DNA of 64,000 bases from the NCBI GenBank assembly GCA_013265495.1, contig MU058423.1:9905627-9969626 (forward strand), in the 5' to 3' direction. A program made the translations under genes and the position numbers. Shown piece after piece: positions 38,445-50,652 of the stretch. Origin of the DNA: Vicugna vicugna (lineage: Eukaryota). Each line of letters begins with the position of its first letter. The stretch's first letter is position 1. The notes beneath the pieces are model-generated. The model worked only from the letters and a program-made list of their open reading frames with translations, made no database searches and was not told the origin of the DNA.

Positions 38445-39931
38445 GTAACATAATAATCATGTAATCCACCCCCCCACCGCCTCGTACGTGCTCTAGTAGC
38501 CCCTCTTTGAACTTCCTAAGAATTCGTGGGATATAGTTTAGAAGCATCTGGATTTTCTGTAAACTTCCTTCTTTTGCAGTCTTGTAGTTCCATGACCATA
38601 AAATGCTTTACAAATGTAATTATTAAGGAATGTCAGAGACCTAATGTTTACACAAGTACCTTAAAAACTGATCCAGTGCTGGTAAACGGAAGATGGCACT
38701 ACATTCTGTTGATTTGTTTTGGTTTCTTCGCTTGCGTGTTGTATCAGCCCCACCCCACTGTTGCCTTGTATCGACTTCACGGTCCCAGAATTCCCAGGAC
38801 TTTTCTTCAGCAGTGACCTTATCTTTTTCCTTAAATTCGCAGATCTTGAAGTATTTCAGTAATTTTCAATGTCATCAATTGCCTTAGTGTCTGATAAGAA
38901 ATATCTAAAGGGGCTGAAAGTAAAATAATCTTGATTCAGTATATTTTTATATCCATTTACAGCACGTGTACCACATTTCAAAAAAGAAATTTAGATTTTT
39001 TTAAAAAATCAATTATTAGTTGGTTTAATTCCAAAACACTGAAAACAACCATTGATTCAGTTATGTATGAATTAATTTGATAAAAATAACTTTTGAGCAC
39101 ATGTGATGTTCCGAGGATTCAGAGACAGACATTCAGCCCTCAATCTCAGGGTGCTTAGTCCTCCCATGTGGCTGGGAGATGGCAGGCCCTATTAATCTGC
39201 TAGGGCTGCCATGGTGAAATAGCGCAGAGTGGGTGGCTTAAGCCACAGAAACTTATTTTGTCACAGTTTAGAGGCTCGAAGTCCCAGGTTTGGGTGCCGC
39301 CAGGGTTGCCGCCTGGTGCCGCCTCTCTCCTTGGGTTCCAGTCTAGTATTCCAATTTATTTGTTCAAACTGTTACCTGACGGCAGGCACATCATACATGG
39401 AGCTTTGGTACCTAGCTCAGCCTTCAAAAGCCCGTTTAACTCATTAATGTTCATGCACGTAACATATGTTAGTAATAGTGCTACAGGACCACCATGAAGT
39501 GCTGTGTTCCCGTGAGAAAATGGTAGTGTGTCTTGATTCTTGGTGTATGTGAGAAGTATCGCCCCTCTAGGTGCGAGTATAGATCACGCGCTAGAAGCTT
39601 CCGCTGAGGCCTGGGTCTGGTGGTGCTTTACTCCTCGTTCACCTTACTTTCCTCCCCCACTGGTCTCCACTCGGTTCAGACGCATCCACACGGACGTCCA
39701 CGTGTGTACACACACACACGCGCGCACGCGCACATATCCAATCAATGACCAAGTCTTATCAATTCAACTCCCTAAATATTTACTTAATCGGTTCGTAATT
39801 ACAGCTGTTACTCCAGTTCAGGACATGGCGATCCAACACCTGGAACCACTTCAGCCAGAGGGATGTTTTAAAACTCAGATCTGCAGCTGTCATCTCCTCC
39901 TGTCCCTTAAGTGGCTTTCTATCATTCCTTT

Positions 39932-39932
39932 T

Positions 39933-39983
<51 letters not shown>

Positions 39984-39986
39984 TTC

Positions 39987-40021
<35 letters not shown>
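39932..40021. repeat. Compound (TTTA)n(ATTG)n tetranucleotide microsatellite
   Basis: Read directly from the sequence. Confidence 0.95.
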
Positions 40022-40084
40022 TAAAAAATTTTTGTCTTTTTAATAAAAATTCAAACTCCTCCACTTGACACACAACCTTTCTGC

Positions 40085-40520
40085 TTTGCTTTTTTTTTCT
40101 TTTTTAAAGACATTTTTATTTCTTTGTTGTTGTGAACAGACATAAGCTAATTTTTTATTGAAGTTGGTTTATAATACTTAGTTCCGTGCATACAGCATAG
40201 TGATTCAGTATTATTATAGATTAGACTCCATTATTGTAAGAGAATGGCTCTAATTCCCTGTGCTGTACTATGTACCCTTGGTGATTATTTTTCACATAGA
40301 AATTTGTACCTCTTAATCCCGTAGCCCTATTTTACCCCTCCCGGCTTCCATCTCCCCACTGGTAACCACCAGTTCGTTTTTTGTATCTGTGAGTTCGTTT
40401 CTGTCTTGCTATGTACTTTCATTTGTTTTATTATTTTAGATTCCACATGTAAGTGATATCATACCGTGTTTGTCTTTCTCTCTCTGACTTGTTTCACTCA
40501 GCAAACCATTCTCTAGGTCC
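40085..40520 (-). mobile_element. L1 3' UTR fragment
   Basis: T-rich tail complement, followed by ctccccactggtaaccaccagttcgttttttgtatctgtgagt...ttttagattccacatgtaagtgatatcata. Confidence 0.85.
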
Positions 40521-41295
40521 CTGGACATACAGAGCCTTTGAAAACATGGTCCCTGTCAACCTCTCCACCTGGTTTCCTGCCACTGCCCTCTCTGCAGGTA
40601 CCTCCCGGCGCTCACCCTCACCCCACCCACGCAACCTGCAGTCTGACACACCGAGTTATTTTTGGTTCCCCCAGTTTCTCCTTTGTGCATGCTCCCACCT
40701 CTGCTGGAAGAACTCCTCAAGCCATGCCCCCATCCGAGACTGAGGTAGAGGCTTCTCTGCTGCATCTGGCGTGGTGGTGGTCAGAGCTTGCCAGCTGACT
40801 GCTTGAATTTGGAGTCCTGCCTTACCGCTATTAGCGTCGTGGGCTGAGGGGTGGAAGCTGGTGGGTGTGAAAGGAGAGATGCCAGCCACAGGGTTCACCC
40901 TCTCCATTTACCCCTTCTGTGAACAAGTGAGGTGACAGCTGGAGTTCGGATGGGGGCACAATGGAGATGAATCTAGGAAGCTTTTAGTTGAATGAAAATT
41001 AAGGGGTGGGGCAGGGGAATCTCAGGCCATGAGATGGGCAGGAAAGAAGGTACCTCCTAAGACCCCTGGGTGCCCAAGCAGGAAAATTTCTCCCCAACCC
41101 CTGTGACTTAGCCACAGGTGAGGGTTAGGAGTGATGTCAGCAATACCCTAAAACCACACTCTGGAATTTGGAGACATCCCTTAAAATCTCACAGTTATAT
41201 TTAATATTAGTATGAAATTGATAAAGCACTTTGTTGCTAGTTGCAAAACTGTGTATACTGTCTATTCACATATACTCACCGTAACTATGAGACTC

Positions 41296-41321
41296 TGTGT
41301 GTGTGTGTGTGTGTGCGTGTG
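41296..41321. repeat. (TG)n microsatellite
   Basis: Read directly from the sequence. Confidence 0.9.
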
Positions 41322-43327
41322 CACTTTGTGGTGCACATTTATTTTCCTTATTGCAATACTACATTTTCTTTTTAAAGTACAATTTGATTCTTTTCCTGTT
41401 ATTGTATAATTTAAGAGAGTATCTCAAGATCTGGAATCCAGTTCTTAATACTTAAATTCTTTAATGATTCTATAGGATATATAGATTATTAGGTGTAGTG
41501 TGTATCATACAGATAACATATCAATGGATAGTCACATATCCATTAATTACAGCTTCTTTCCTTAATTAAAGAAAATCTGAGAAATATTGTGACTCCTAAG
41601 ATTTAACTGCAAATTCAAACAGGTTTGGGGGTTAGTCAGAGACACGTGAGGTGTGCTTTTGCCATTATTACCAATGACTTTTTATCCCTGGTATTAAATT
41701 TAAATGTTTCATTTGCATATTTTAATAGTTTTTGCAGGTTCTACTTTCTTCATTTGCCTTGAAGTTAAACTAAGACTAATTCCTCAATTCATCTAACCGT
41801 CTAGTGCACGTTTTTGTAATGTTTAAAGGTCTCCAGAGTGGTCTTTTGCATATTAATCTCAGTCTCTTACTCACTAGTTTAATGAATTTTGAACTTTAGA
41901 GATGGTGGCGTTCTCAGAATTGCAGGACTCAAATATCTCTTGCTTGCATGTAACTCCTTACCTGTCACATAGCTTTCTTTTCCTTGTACCACAATCAGAA
42001 ATAAAACAGAAGCCTATCTTTATCTAAATATTACCTTCCTTTTTATCTGTGAATGGAAGACAGCTATTAGATGATGGAAATGTGTGGTTCTCGATGTTAC
42101 AGATGGCAGAGAAAATGTTAAGTAAAAGCATTGTTTGTTCTTCTGGCTGATGGACGAAGTGCCTTGTGTACAATATATTTACCAGGGGGGTCATACTGGA
42201 GAGAAATGGCCTCCGTGTAATACCAGCCACGGCTGCACTTCAGGGATAAGGTAAATGTGTCAGTGATGAAGGGGCTGTTATTCCCAACCAAGCCATCAAT
42301 CGGCCATTGTGCCGGGGGCAGCTGAGTCCCTGAGCATATTCTGATCTTAACTGCACGTACCAGCTGGTCCTGAACACTGAGCTTGTTGTTAATTTACATC
42401 ACATTTGTGACTCCCTAGTGTTGCCCATTCAGGGACATCAACTACATGATAAATTCTGTGTCCCTGATTATGTAATCTTTTGTTAGGGACCCATTAGGTA
42501 TATTGTAAAGAAAATGGATGGTCACTCTTGGTTTTTCAAATGCAATATGTGTAAGGAACTTTATTCCCATGGCTGTAAATTAGGCAATTTGTTACTTCTT
42601 CCGGCAAAGGTAGTTTTAATCCAAATACATCATTTTAATCCTTCAGGTTTATTCCAGGCACAAAGCAAACAAAAATCTTCATGCTGCCTTGTGACAGTAA
42701 TATAACTTTCGCACTCCCAGCGTGGCCACTGTGCTAAATCGTACAAACTATTACTGTCATTTTACAAATAATGTAACTAAGATTGGGAGAAGTTAAGTAA
42801 TCTGCCTAAGGGCACAGATCTAATCAGTGGTGGATTGACATTTTAACCCAGGTTATAAACTCCTGTAAGCTAAACTTTTCCTCCTGGTTTACACTGACCA
42901 AATATCGAATCCACCAAGTATCTAAAGGGCATCAAGAGATACAAAATAATTGAGTAACTTTGAAGAAGCAAAATATTATTAAAACAGCTATTATGATAAT
43001 CAGAACCTGAAAAAGATAGGTTTAATGGGATAGTTTAACTCTGAAAATTCAAGATAATTCCATAATATCATTTTATTACATTATGTGCTGCTTGAAACAG
43101 TAATATGTTAATAGACAGAAAAGTTAGATACAGATGGAAGATACAGATAAGTATGTCTGATGGAGCACAAGTGCCCTAAACATGGTTTTAGATTCAGTAC
43201 CCAACTCCAACCAATACAATAAATAAAAATAATAAGGTAACAAATGTTGAAATTGGAACAATATTTTTGAATATTAACTGATACATTTTTCATTTCCCTT
43301 GAATCTTAAGGCTCTTGTCTAAATCTT

Positions 43328-43733
43328 TATTGTCCAGCAGAAATATAACATGAAACCACATGCATAATTATTAATTTTCTAGTAGTCATATTTTAAAAAC
43401 CAAAAGCAAACATTAAGTTGATTTTTAAAATATATTTTATTTAGCCAATTATGTACAAGTTTTAATGTTTCAACATGTAGCATTGTAAAAATTATGAATG
43501 AAATATTTTGCATTCCTCTTTTTGCTAAGTTTTCAAAATTCAGCATCTTTTTGACTCTTGTGATGCATCTCAGTTCCAGTATTACATTTTCATCCCAAGC
43601 ATTTGATTTGCATTTAGGTTTCATAAAGTGTACAGTGTAAAAGTAGATGCACATTTGTTCCAAAATATTTAGAAGTTTTCTAATAATCAAATCAATTACC
43701 AGTTTTGAGACTTAAATTAACTAAAATTAAAGA
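43328..43733. mobile_element. MER33/Charlie1-family hAT fragment
   Basis: tgtccagcagaaatataacatgaaaccacat...ttttctagtagtcata...catctcagttc...gtaaaagtagatgcaca. Confidence 0.7.
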
Positions 43734-44035
43734 TTTCCTTTTCTCCACAACCGCTTTAGCATTTATCGTTCATGGTCTTTTTAGTGATGGCCATTTTGAC
43801 CGATGTGAGGTGATGCCTCAGTGTAGTTTTGATTTGCATTTCTCTGACAATTAGCGATACTGAGCATTTTTTCATGTGCCTACCGGCTATTTGTATGTCT
43901 TCATTGGAGATATGTTTGTTTAGGTCCTCTGCCCACTTTTAGATTGGGTTGTGTTTTTTTGTTATTGAGTTATATGAGCTGTTTGTATGTTCTGGAGATT
44001 AAGTCCTTGTCAGTCGCATTATTTGCAAATATTTG
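43734..44035 (-). mobile_element. L1 ORF2 3' fragment
   Basis: gatggccattttgaccgatgtgaggtgatgcctcagtgtagttttgatttgcatttctctgacaattagcgatactgagcattttttcatgtgcct. Confidence 0.85.
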
Positions 44036-44549
44036 AAATCAGTTTAAAGAATCCAGTCCTAACCTGATTATGAAATGCAGGTGCATGAGTAAGACCATAG
44101 GGTGCAACCCAGGAAAGTTATAACCATGCTCTAGGTGGTCAGAGCAGGTGTGCACTGGGGGGTGATGTGGGACGAGTACTGGAATGGCCAGCTTGTGGAG
44201 GGATCTGGCCCCTGAGCTATGTCCTGTCTAGTGGGTGGAATCAAGGCCTTTTATTCTGTGGGAAAGAAGAGGCAGAGGGTAACAGAGTTCATGATAATCA
44301 CCTGCAAGTAAGTAATGAGCGGATATTTTGAGGCAGAGAACCTAAAAGGGAGAAAAATGGCAAAATAACATAAGGAAAAAGTGAAAGAAGCATGAGAACA
44401 AGAGAAGGTACCAAGTTTTCCACAAGCTCAGCCACAAAGCTGCCATAAACCTGACGATCGCCGCTCGCCGGCACTGCCCACAGCCTCACACAGCACGGCT
44501 AGGTCCCGGTCTTGTGGTCCCTGGCCTGGGCCCCGACTTAACCCCCCGC

Positions 44550-44770
44550 AGTTGCTGAGGACCTACTGTGTGCCAGACTCTGTGCTCAGGACTTTACCTA
44601 CGTCATGTCATTTCACCCTTTCCACACTGTGTGGTAATATTTTTATTATCACTTGCGTTTTATACGTTAAGGAGACCAAAGCTGAGACCAGTTGAATAAT
44701 CCATGTAAGAAAGTGGCGGAGCCAGGACTCAGACCCAGACTGGTTCCAGAGCAGGTGCTCTGATCACTGC
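44550..44770 (-). mobile_element. MIR SINE
   Basis: tgaggacctactgtgtgccagactctgtgctcagg...aagtggcggagccaggactcagacccag. Confidence 0.7.
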
Positions 44771-44844
44771 CGTTATCGCCCGTGGATCATTTTAACAAAT
44801 TTCAGTCCATTCATTCACATGTTAAGCAAATATTAATTGATTAT

Positions 44845-45230
44845 AAGTTTTCTTTGGACACCATGAGAGAGGACTGCAAACTTAGTGACTTAAAACAGCC
44901 CAGATGTGTTACCCTACAGTTCCATAGGTCTGAAGTCCAGCACGGGCTCACTGGGCTAAAATTGAGGTGTGAGCCCGGCCGCATCCCTTCAGGAGGCTCT
45001 AGAGGAGAATCCATTTCTTGCCTTTTCCCGCTTCCAGAGGCTGTCTGAATCCCTTGGTTGGTAGATCCCTTTCTCCATCTTCAAAGAGCAGCATGGCATC
45101 TTCAGATCTCTTTCTGACTACAGCGTGAGAAGGTTACCTACTTTTAAGCTCAAGTGATAAGTGACATCTTCACAAGTTCCTAGGATTGGCCCACAGGCAT
45201 CCTTCGGGGGCTGGTAGTCTTTCTATCACA
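44845..45230 (-). mobile_element. MLT1D-like LTR
   Basis: caaacttagtgacttaaaacagc...ggaggctctagaggagaatccatttcttgccttttcccgcttccagaggctg. Confidence 0.75.
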
Positions 45231-45368
45231 GGTGTCTACCTTGTGCTAGGTTTTGATCCAGGCAATATGAGATGGACAAGGAGGAGAAAGACAACAGCAA
45301 GTAAACAAACGCATATGCAAGACAATTTCAGGTAGCGATGTGTGCTTTCTAACAATAAAGGAGTTCAG

Positions 45369-46197
45369 GGGGTTGAAACCTGAACGCCTCCAAGATGCCA
45401 GCTTACCACTCTTCCCTCTTGGACCCTGACACTAAACTCACTGGAAGCATGGCACCGCTGCCTATCAGCAGTCAGTTCTAGAGGAGCCCCTAGAGGACCA
45501 GAAGGTACAGATACTGTGCATGAAGCCATCTATTACTTCAAGGCCAAGGTCGTCTTCAAAAACTATGAAATCAAGAATGAAGCTAGTAGGACCTTGATAT
45601 ATATAACTCTCTACATTTCTAAATGTCTAGAGAAACTCCGGAAGTGTAATTCTAAAAGCCAAGGCGAGAAAGAAATGTATATACTGGGAATCACTAATCT
45701 TCCCATTCCCAGAGAGCCTGGATTCCCACTTAATGTAATTTGCACCAAACCAGCAAACAAACAGGAAGATGAAGTAATGAGGGCCTGTTTACAACAGCTG
45801 AGGCAAGAGACTGGACGGAGACCTTGTGAGAAAGTTTTTGATCCTGAGAATGAGAAACCCAGCAAGTGGTGGACTTGGTTTGTGAAGAGACCGTCTATGA
45901 ACAAGAGTCTTTCGGGACTTGGACAGTGAGGGAAGCCTTGGGCAGACACTGTCTCCACCACCGTGGAAGCATTTTACAGCCAGATGGACATAGTTCTTTG
46001 GCTTTATTTCATAAAGTTTTATACAGAGGAGAGAAGCAAGCATATCTTTGCTTAAAGAGCTCTTTATCAAGAATTTGGGGTAAGAGATGGGGTAGAATGG
46101 GTTGTTGATGGGTGATTTGAAACTTTCTGTAGTATTAAGCTGGTGCTTAATAAGTAATAGTAAAGAAATTTCTAACACTTCATGTCAGAATAAAAAA
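45369..46197 (+). pseudogene. ARPC3: Processed (retro)pseudogene of ARPC3 (Arp2/3 complex p21 subunit)
   Basis: Intronless. ATG at 45395 gives [28 protein letters not shown], followed by TAG at 45479 and a frameshift. A second frame (45516-45929) gives EAIYYFKA...KPSKWW...[11 protein letters not shown] 3' UTR and A-rich tail follow. Flanked by the direct repeat AAAGGAGTTCAG / AAAAGAGTTCAG. Confidence 0.96.
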
Positions 46198-49100
46198 GAG
46201 TTCAGAAATTCATTTTTCCTCAAGCGTGCCTTTTATGCAATCGTTAATTCAACATTGTTTGAACACCTACTATGTAAAAAGTGTTCTGTGCATTTCAGGT
46301 AGAACAGGGAATGGACAGAGGTTTTATTCTAATGGAATATTCTAATGGAACGGATAAACGTACATACACAGAAATGGAGAACGTGACTTTAGCTAGTGAC
46401 AGATGCTACAAAGAAAGTACTCCACACTCTATTTCTCCTGTACCTTTCTTTGCATTTTTCATTTGTTCCTTCTTTTCCTTAGTAAGTCTAATAGGTCTTT
46501 CCAGTGCTTACTGAGTTTCAGGCAAAGTGCTAAGCACAGGGCTCACAGTGCAGAACCCATACTTGGCATCTGTGTCCTCAGTGTAGTGAAGGAAGCAACT
46601 AAAATTAGTGTGAAGCAGACATTCTGGTAAGGATTCTGGGAGAGGACGACCCAGGTACTTGGGGAGCACGGCTCGGTTAGGGATGCTATCCCCGTGTCTG
46701 GGATGCTTTGTACCCACCCCTTCCCCTTTGCTGGGAACTCACATTCATCCTTCAGGATCAAACCTTAGATGTCTCCTCTTTGACTAACAATTTCAGGTGT
46801 ATAGTAAGTGCTTAACACAAACATTTGTGTTTTTATTTTTGTTTGATAATTAGTAAAGCAAATAATTTTGTTCTAGAATTGTTTTAAAATGGTACAGTGC
46901 TTTAATGTACCCAAGAGAGAGATGGTTATTATCACAAGTGAGTCAGTTCACCTTAGTGAGTAATGTGGGCATTGTGATTACATTTTAGTAACAGCAAACT
47001 GGGAAGCAAAACCCCTTTACGTGTGTGTCAGTTATTGTAGGTGCTGTATAAGCAAGGAGAAGAGTGTGGAAGAATGTATACCAGGCTGTTAGCAGGTAGC
47101 ACATGGCCAGCTGTGGTTTTCTGCATCTTTGTGCCAATGGATATTCATGGGATGGATGAATAAGAACTGCCCCATAATGGTGAGACGGGTTGGCCTGTAC
47201 GGTCGTGAGCATTCACTAAACCTTGAGGACCGAGTAGGTACCTTCTTGCTCAAATCATAAACCCTTCTGTTTGTGTTTTCTTTTAGCTACATTTTGACAT
47301 CTGGCTAACCTAGATGGTTTCATGAGTGAATTAAAAACCAAGAGAGCATAAATAATCAATTCCTGTCCTGTATCCAACTTGCTTAATAGATTCTTCTGCC
47401 ATAATTTCCTCTTCTGCAAATTGGGAATAATAGGCTTTCTGTGAGGTTAACGCAATTAGACTGGTTAAAAGATATTTACATGCAGAAAGTGCCACAGAGT
47501 TTCCCAGTACATGTGAGTGAAAACTCAAATTTGTCTTTTGTGACATCCACGCCAGTTGGTTATGCTACGGAAAGTTCTGTGCATTATGAAGCAACACTTT
47601 GATCCACCTCCAAGTTGAAAATATCTGAACAAATGTCACCCTTCTCCCAGAACCCTTAAGACTGAATTTTCTTCCACTCTGGTTCTGGGCGTTAAGTGGG
47701 GATCTGGCGGAGGGAGAGCCAAATCCCGGGCTATTCCTAGTACAGAAGCTTTCTCATGAGTTTGTACGGTGGCCAGGCTGTATCTTGGGACTCCTTGTAA
47801 ACCGCTCTTGAGTCAGAGCATCTCAAGAACAAACTCAAATTTGAGCGAAACCTCTGAGGGTTGTAGCCCAAGCTCACGGGTCAGGATAAGCATACACAAC
47901 TCGGACAAGTGAGGGCTGAGCTCTACCTGAGATGGCCTCTGGGGGTGAGGGAGAAGGCAGATGTTCTTCAAAGCCATATTCGATTCTGTAGGAGATTCTC
48001 CACACAAAACAGTCTTAACACTGCTTCTCACTTCTCCCTGATAGAGGATGGGCGTCGCCTCAGCCCGTAGACTGTGGGGGCCTCTCCCTCCTGTCTTTAA
48101 TTGTATTTCTTTTGCATTACCTGATACTTAGCTGATGTCCATTGACCATTTCCTTCAGGCAAGAAATCAAGAAAGAAAGGAAGAAACGAAGGTATGAGGC
48201 ACCGAAGTCCTCTGCCCATGCTTCCCCCTGATGGCTCTCCTTTCTCAGAAGTGCCACTCCCGGGAGTCAAGTTGTGCATTCTTCATAATAAGATTTATCC
48301 TGAGTCAATTTTGTCATCTATAAAATGAATTTAACGATGCTCTCTTACTAATATGGTTATTTTGAGGACTTAATAAGATAATTAAAGTAAAGTACGTAGA
48401 ACATTGCCTTGAAGAGCCATTGCTCATTAAATCATCGCTCTAATGATTATTATCGTTAGAATAGTGTTAATACTATTCAGTTGTCATTTCACATTTATTT
48501 TGTCTTAGTAAGGATAGGATGGCTTTAGCATTCTGACACATGCGAAGAAATGCCAAGGTAAGAAGTCATGCACCAGGCAGACAGCTGTGTTAAAGAGCAT
48601 CTCATAAGCAGCTCAAATTTCACTCCCTGTTTATATGCACCGCTCAGGTGAGGAATTACTCTATTAGATGCATCACTGGAAACCTGAAGTGGTGCGATAT
48701 TCTTGCCTTGTCATTCACGTGAGCAAAATCCTTTAACGTTCTCCAAATGGCAAAAGCATCATTTGCTTTCTCATCTCTTCCTGTTTCCCTCTCATACATA
48801 CTTATTATCCCTAACTGAGTTTATTCAGCTCTTCCAAGCACAGCCTTAGAATACACAGTCGTAGCTCTGAAGGTCGTAGGGCCCAAGATGGAGAGAATCC
48901 AGCTTTTTCTTTTATTTCTAGAGTATTGGGATAAATTGCAAAAGGCTAGAACTTGGCTAGATAGAAGCCCTGTATCACATCACATGAGATGTTTAAATAT
49001 TCATGCAGTGTGTACTGGCAGCCAACAGGGCTGCAAACTTTTCCCAGGGAAAGAGAAAAGAGAATTTCTGAATTTCACAGCATTCCAAAGTGGCTGCCAC

Positions 49101-49971
49101 AGACTAAAACCTTAAGTGCTGACTTTGGTTTTATCTCTTAGGCACATGTATTTTTTATTCAACTGAGGGCAGTAGGCAAATGGTTGTATGCATTTCCAAG
49201 TATCCTTCTGACTATATTACAGGATCAGATTCTGACATTAATATAAAAATTGATTGTACTGTCAAAGCCATCTCCTTAATAATTACTAATAGCTTGTGAC
49301 AATAACTGACACAGTCCCTTCGCAGTCAACAGATTCACTTTCATAGGAAGATGTGGTTTAAGTTATATGAGCATTTGAGCTATAGAATAAATCAGACTGG
49401 AGGAAGGACTGAGTTTCTTGAGCACAGTGGCTGCAACTTGAAGTCATTTCACTCAGTGAAATCAACTGACACCACTGTCTTCGTTAGCTTAGTGAAGATG
49501 CCAGAAATGTAGGTGTTTATTAATTGCTTTGTTTCAGTTTTAGCTGACATATTTCCCCCATCATAATTAAGTTTTTTGTTGTCCTAATTCACACTGATGA
49601 ATTTTAGTTAAAACACAGTAATTTTGACATTTCAGATAACAACATAAAAGCAAACCTTGGTGCTGTCTTGAACCTTAAATCCTTTCTTCAAATTAGTATC
49701 TATTTAGTGGAACTCTACTCCACTTTGTTTTTTATAACTATATTCACAAATTCTGATTTTATAAAGTTTGAATCCTCTCAATTTGGCATACAAAAATATA
49801 ATCCTTAAAGACATTCATTTATCAATTTTCCCCTTCTAATAGTATTGATCTAAAATGTAAATTTAGGTAAAGCAAGAATCAGTACATTAGAAGTTAAATA
49901 AAAGGTCACTTGGAATGTCTGTACTCAGCGTTCTTAGATGATTGATATTACGTAAGAATTGGCCATTAGTC

Positions 49972-50249
49972 TAGTAGACTCATAGACATAGAATACAAAC
50001 TTGTGGTTGCCAAGGGGGCGGAGGGTGGGAAGGGATAGACAGAATTTCAAAATTGTAGAATAGATAAACAAGATTATACCGTATAGCACAGGGAAATATC
50101 CATAAGATCTTATGGTAGCTCACAGAGGAAAAAAATGTGACAATGAGCATATATATGTTCATGTATAACTGAAAAATTGTGCTGTACGCTGGAATTTGAC
50201 ACAACATTGTAAAATGATTATAAATCAATAAAAAATGTTAAAAGAAAAA
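49972..50249 (+). mobile_element. Young 5'-truncated L1 3' end (probably a camelid L1 family)
   Basis: L1 3' UTR-like sequence ending aatcaataaaaaatgttaaaagaaaaa. Perfect 18-bp TSD AAGAATTGGCCATTAGTC at 49954-49971 and 50250-50267. Confidence 0.9.
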
Positions 50250-50475
50250 AAGAATTGGCCATTAGTCAATATAAGGTAAGGAAAATTAACTAGTCACTAC
50301 TCTTAAACTCTACTTTTAAGAAATTTCTTTCAAAAAGTGCATAAACCACCGTTAGTTACTTGAATAATACAGGCATATATGTGTCCATAAATATGTATGT
50401 GTACTGACACATATGTAAGGCGTAGATCAAGGAAATACATTCATAGAAAGTCATGTTTTTTTTTTCATATTTCAG

Positions 50476-50652
50476 ATGTACATTACCAACACCATCAAAG
50501 CCAAAGGAACAAGGCTTGCCAAGCCCGTTCTCTGCCTGGGCCTAATGTGTTTGGCCTTTCTCACCGGGCTCAACAGAGTGGCAGAATATCGAAATCATTG
50601 GTCGGATGTGATAGCAGGCTTTCTGGTTGGAATATCTATAGCAGTATTTCTG
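50476..50652 (+). CDS. PLPPR5: PLPPR5 coding exon 4 (177 bp)
   Basis: Acceptor tttcatatttcag| and donor CTG|gtaagt. Encodes MYITNTIKAKGTRLAKPVLCLGLMCLAFLTGLNRVAEYRNHWSDVIAGFLVGISIAVFL (C3 region and TM helices). Confidence 0.97.

Noticed and set aside
39555..39580. CTCF-like CGCCCCTCTAGGTG
   Set aside because: About four mismatches to the core when aligned, which is too weak.
45516..45929. Possible functional ARPC3 gene
   Set aside because: Intronless with a TSD and A-tail, and the true ATG frame stops at codon 29. The listed ORF starts at an internal GTG.
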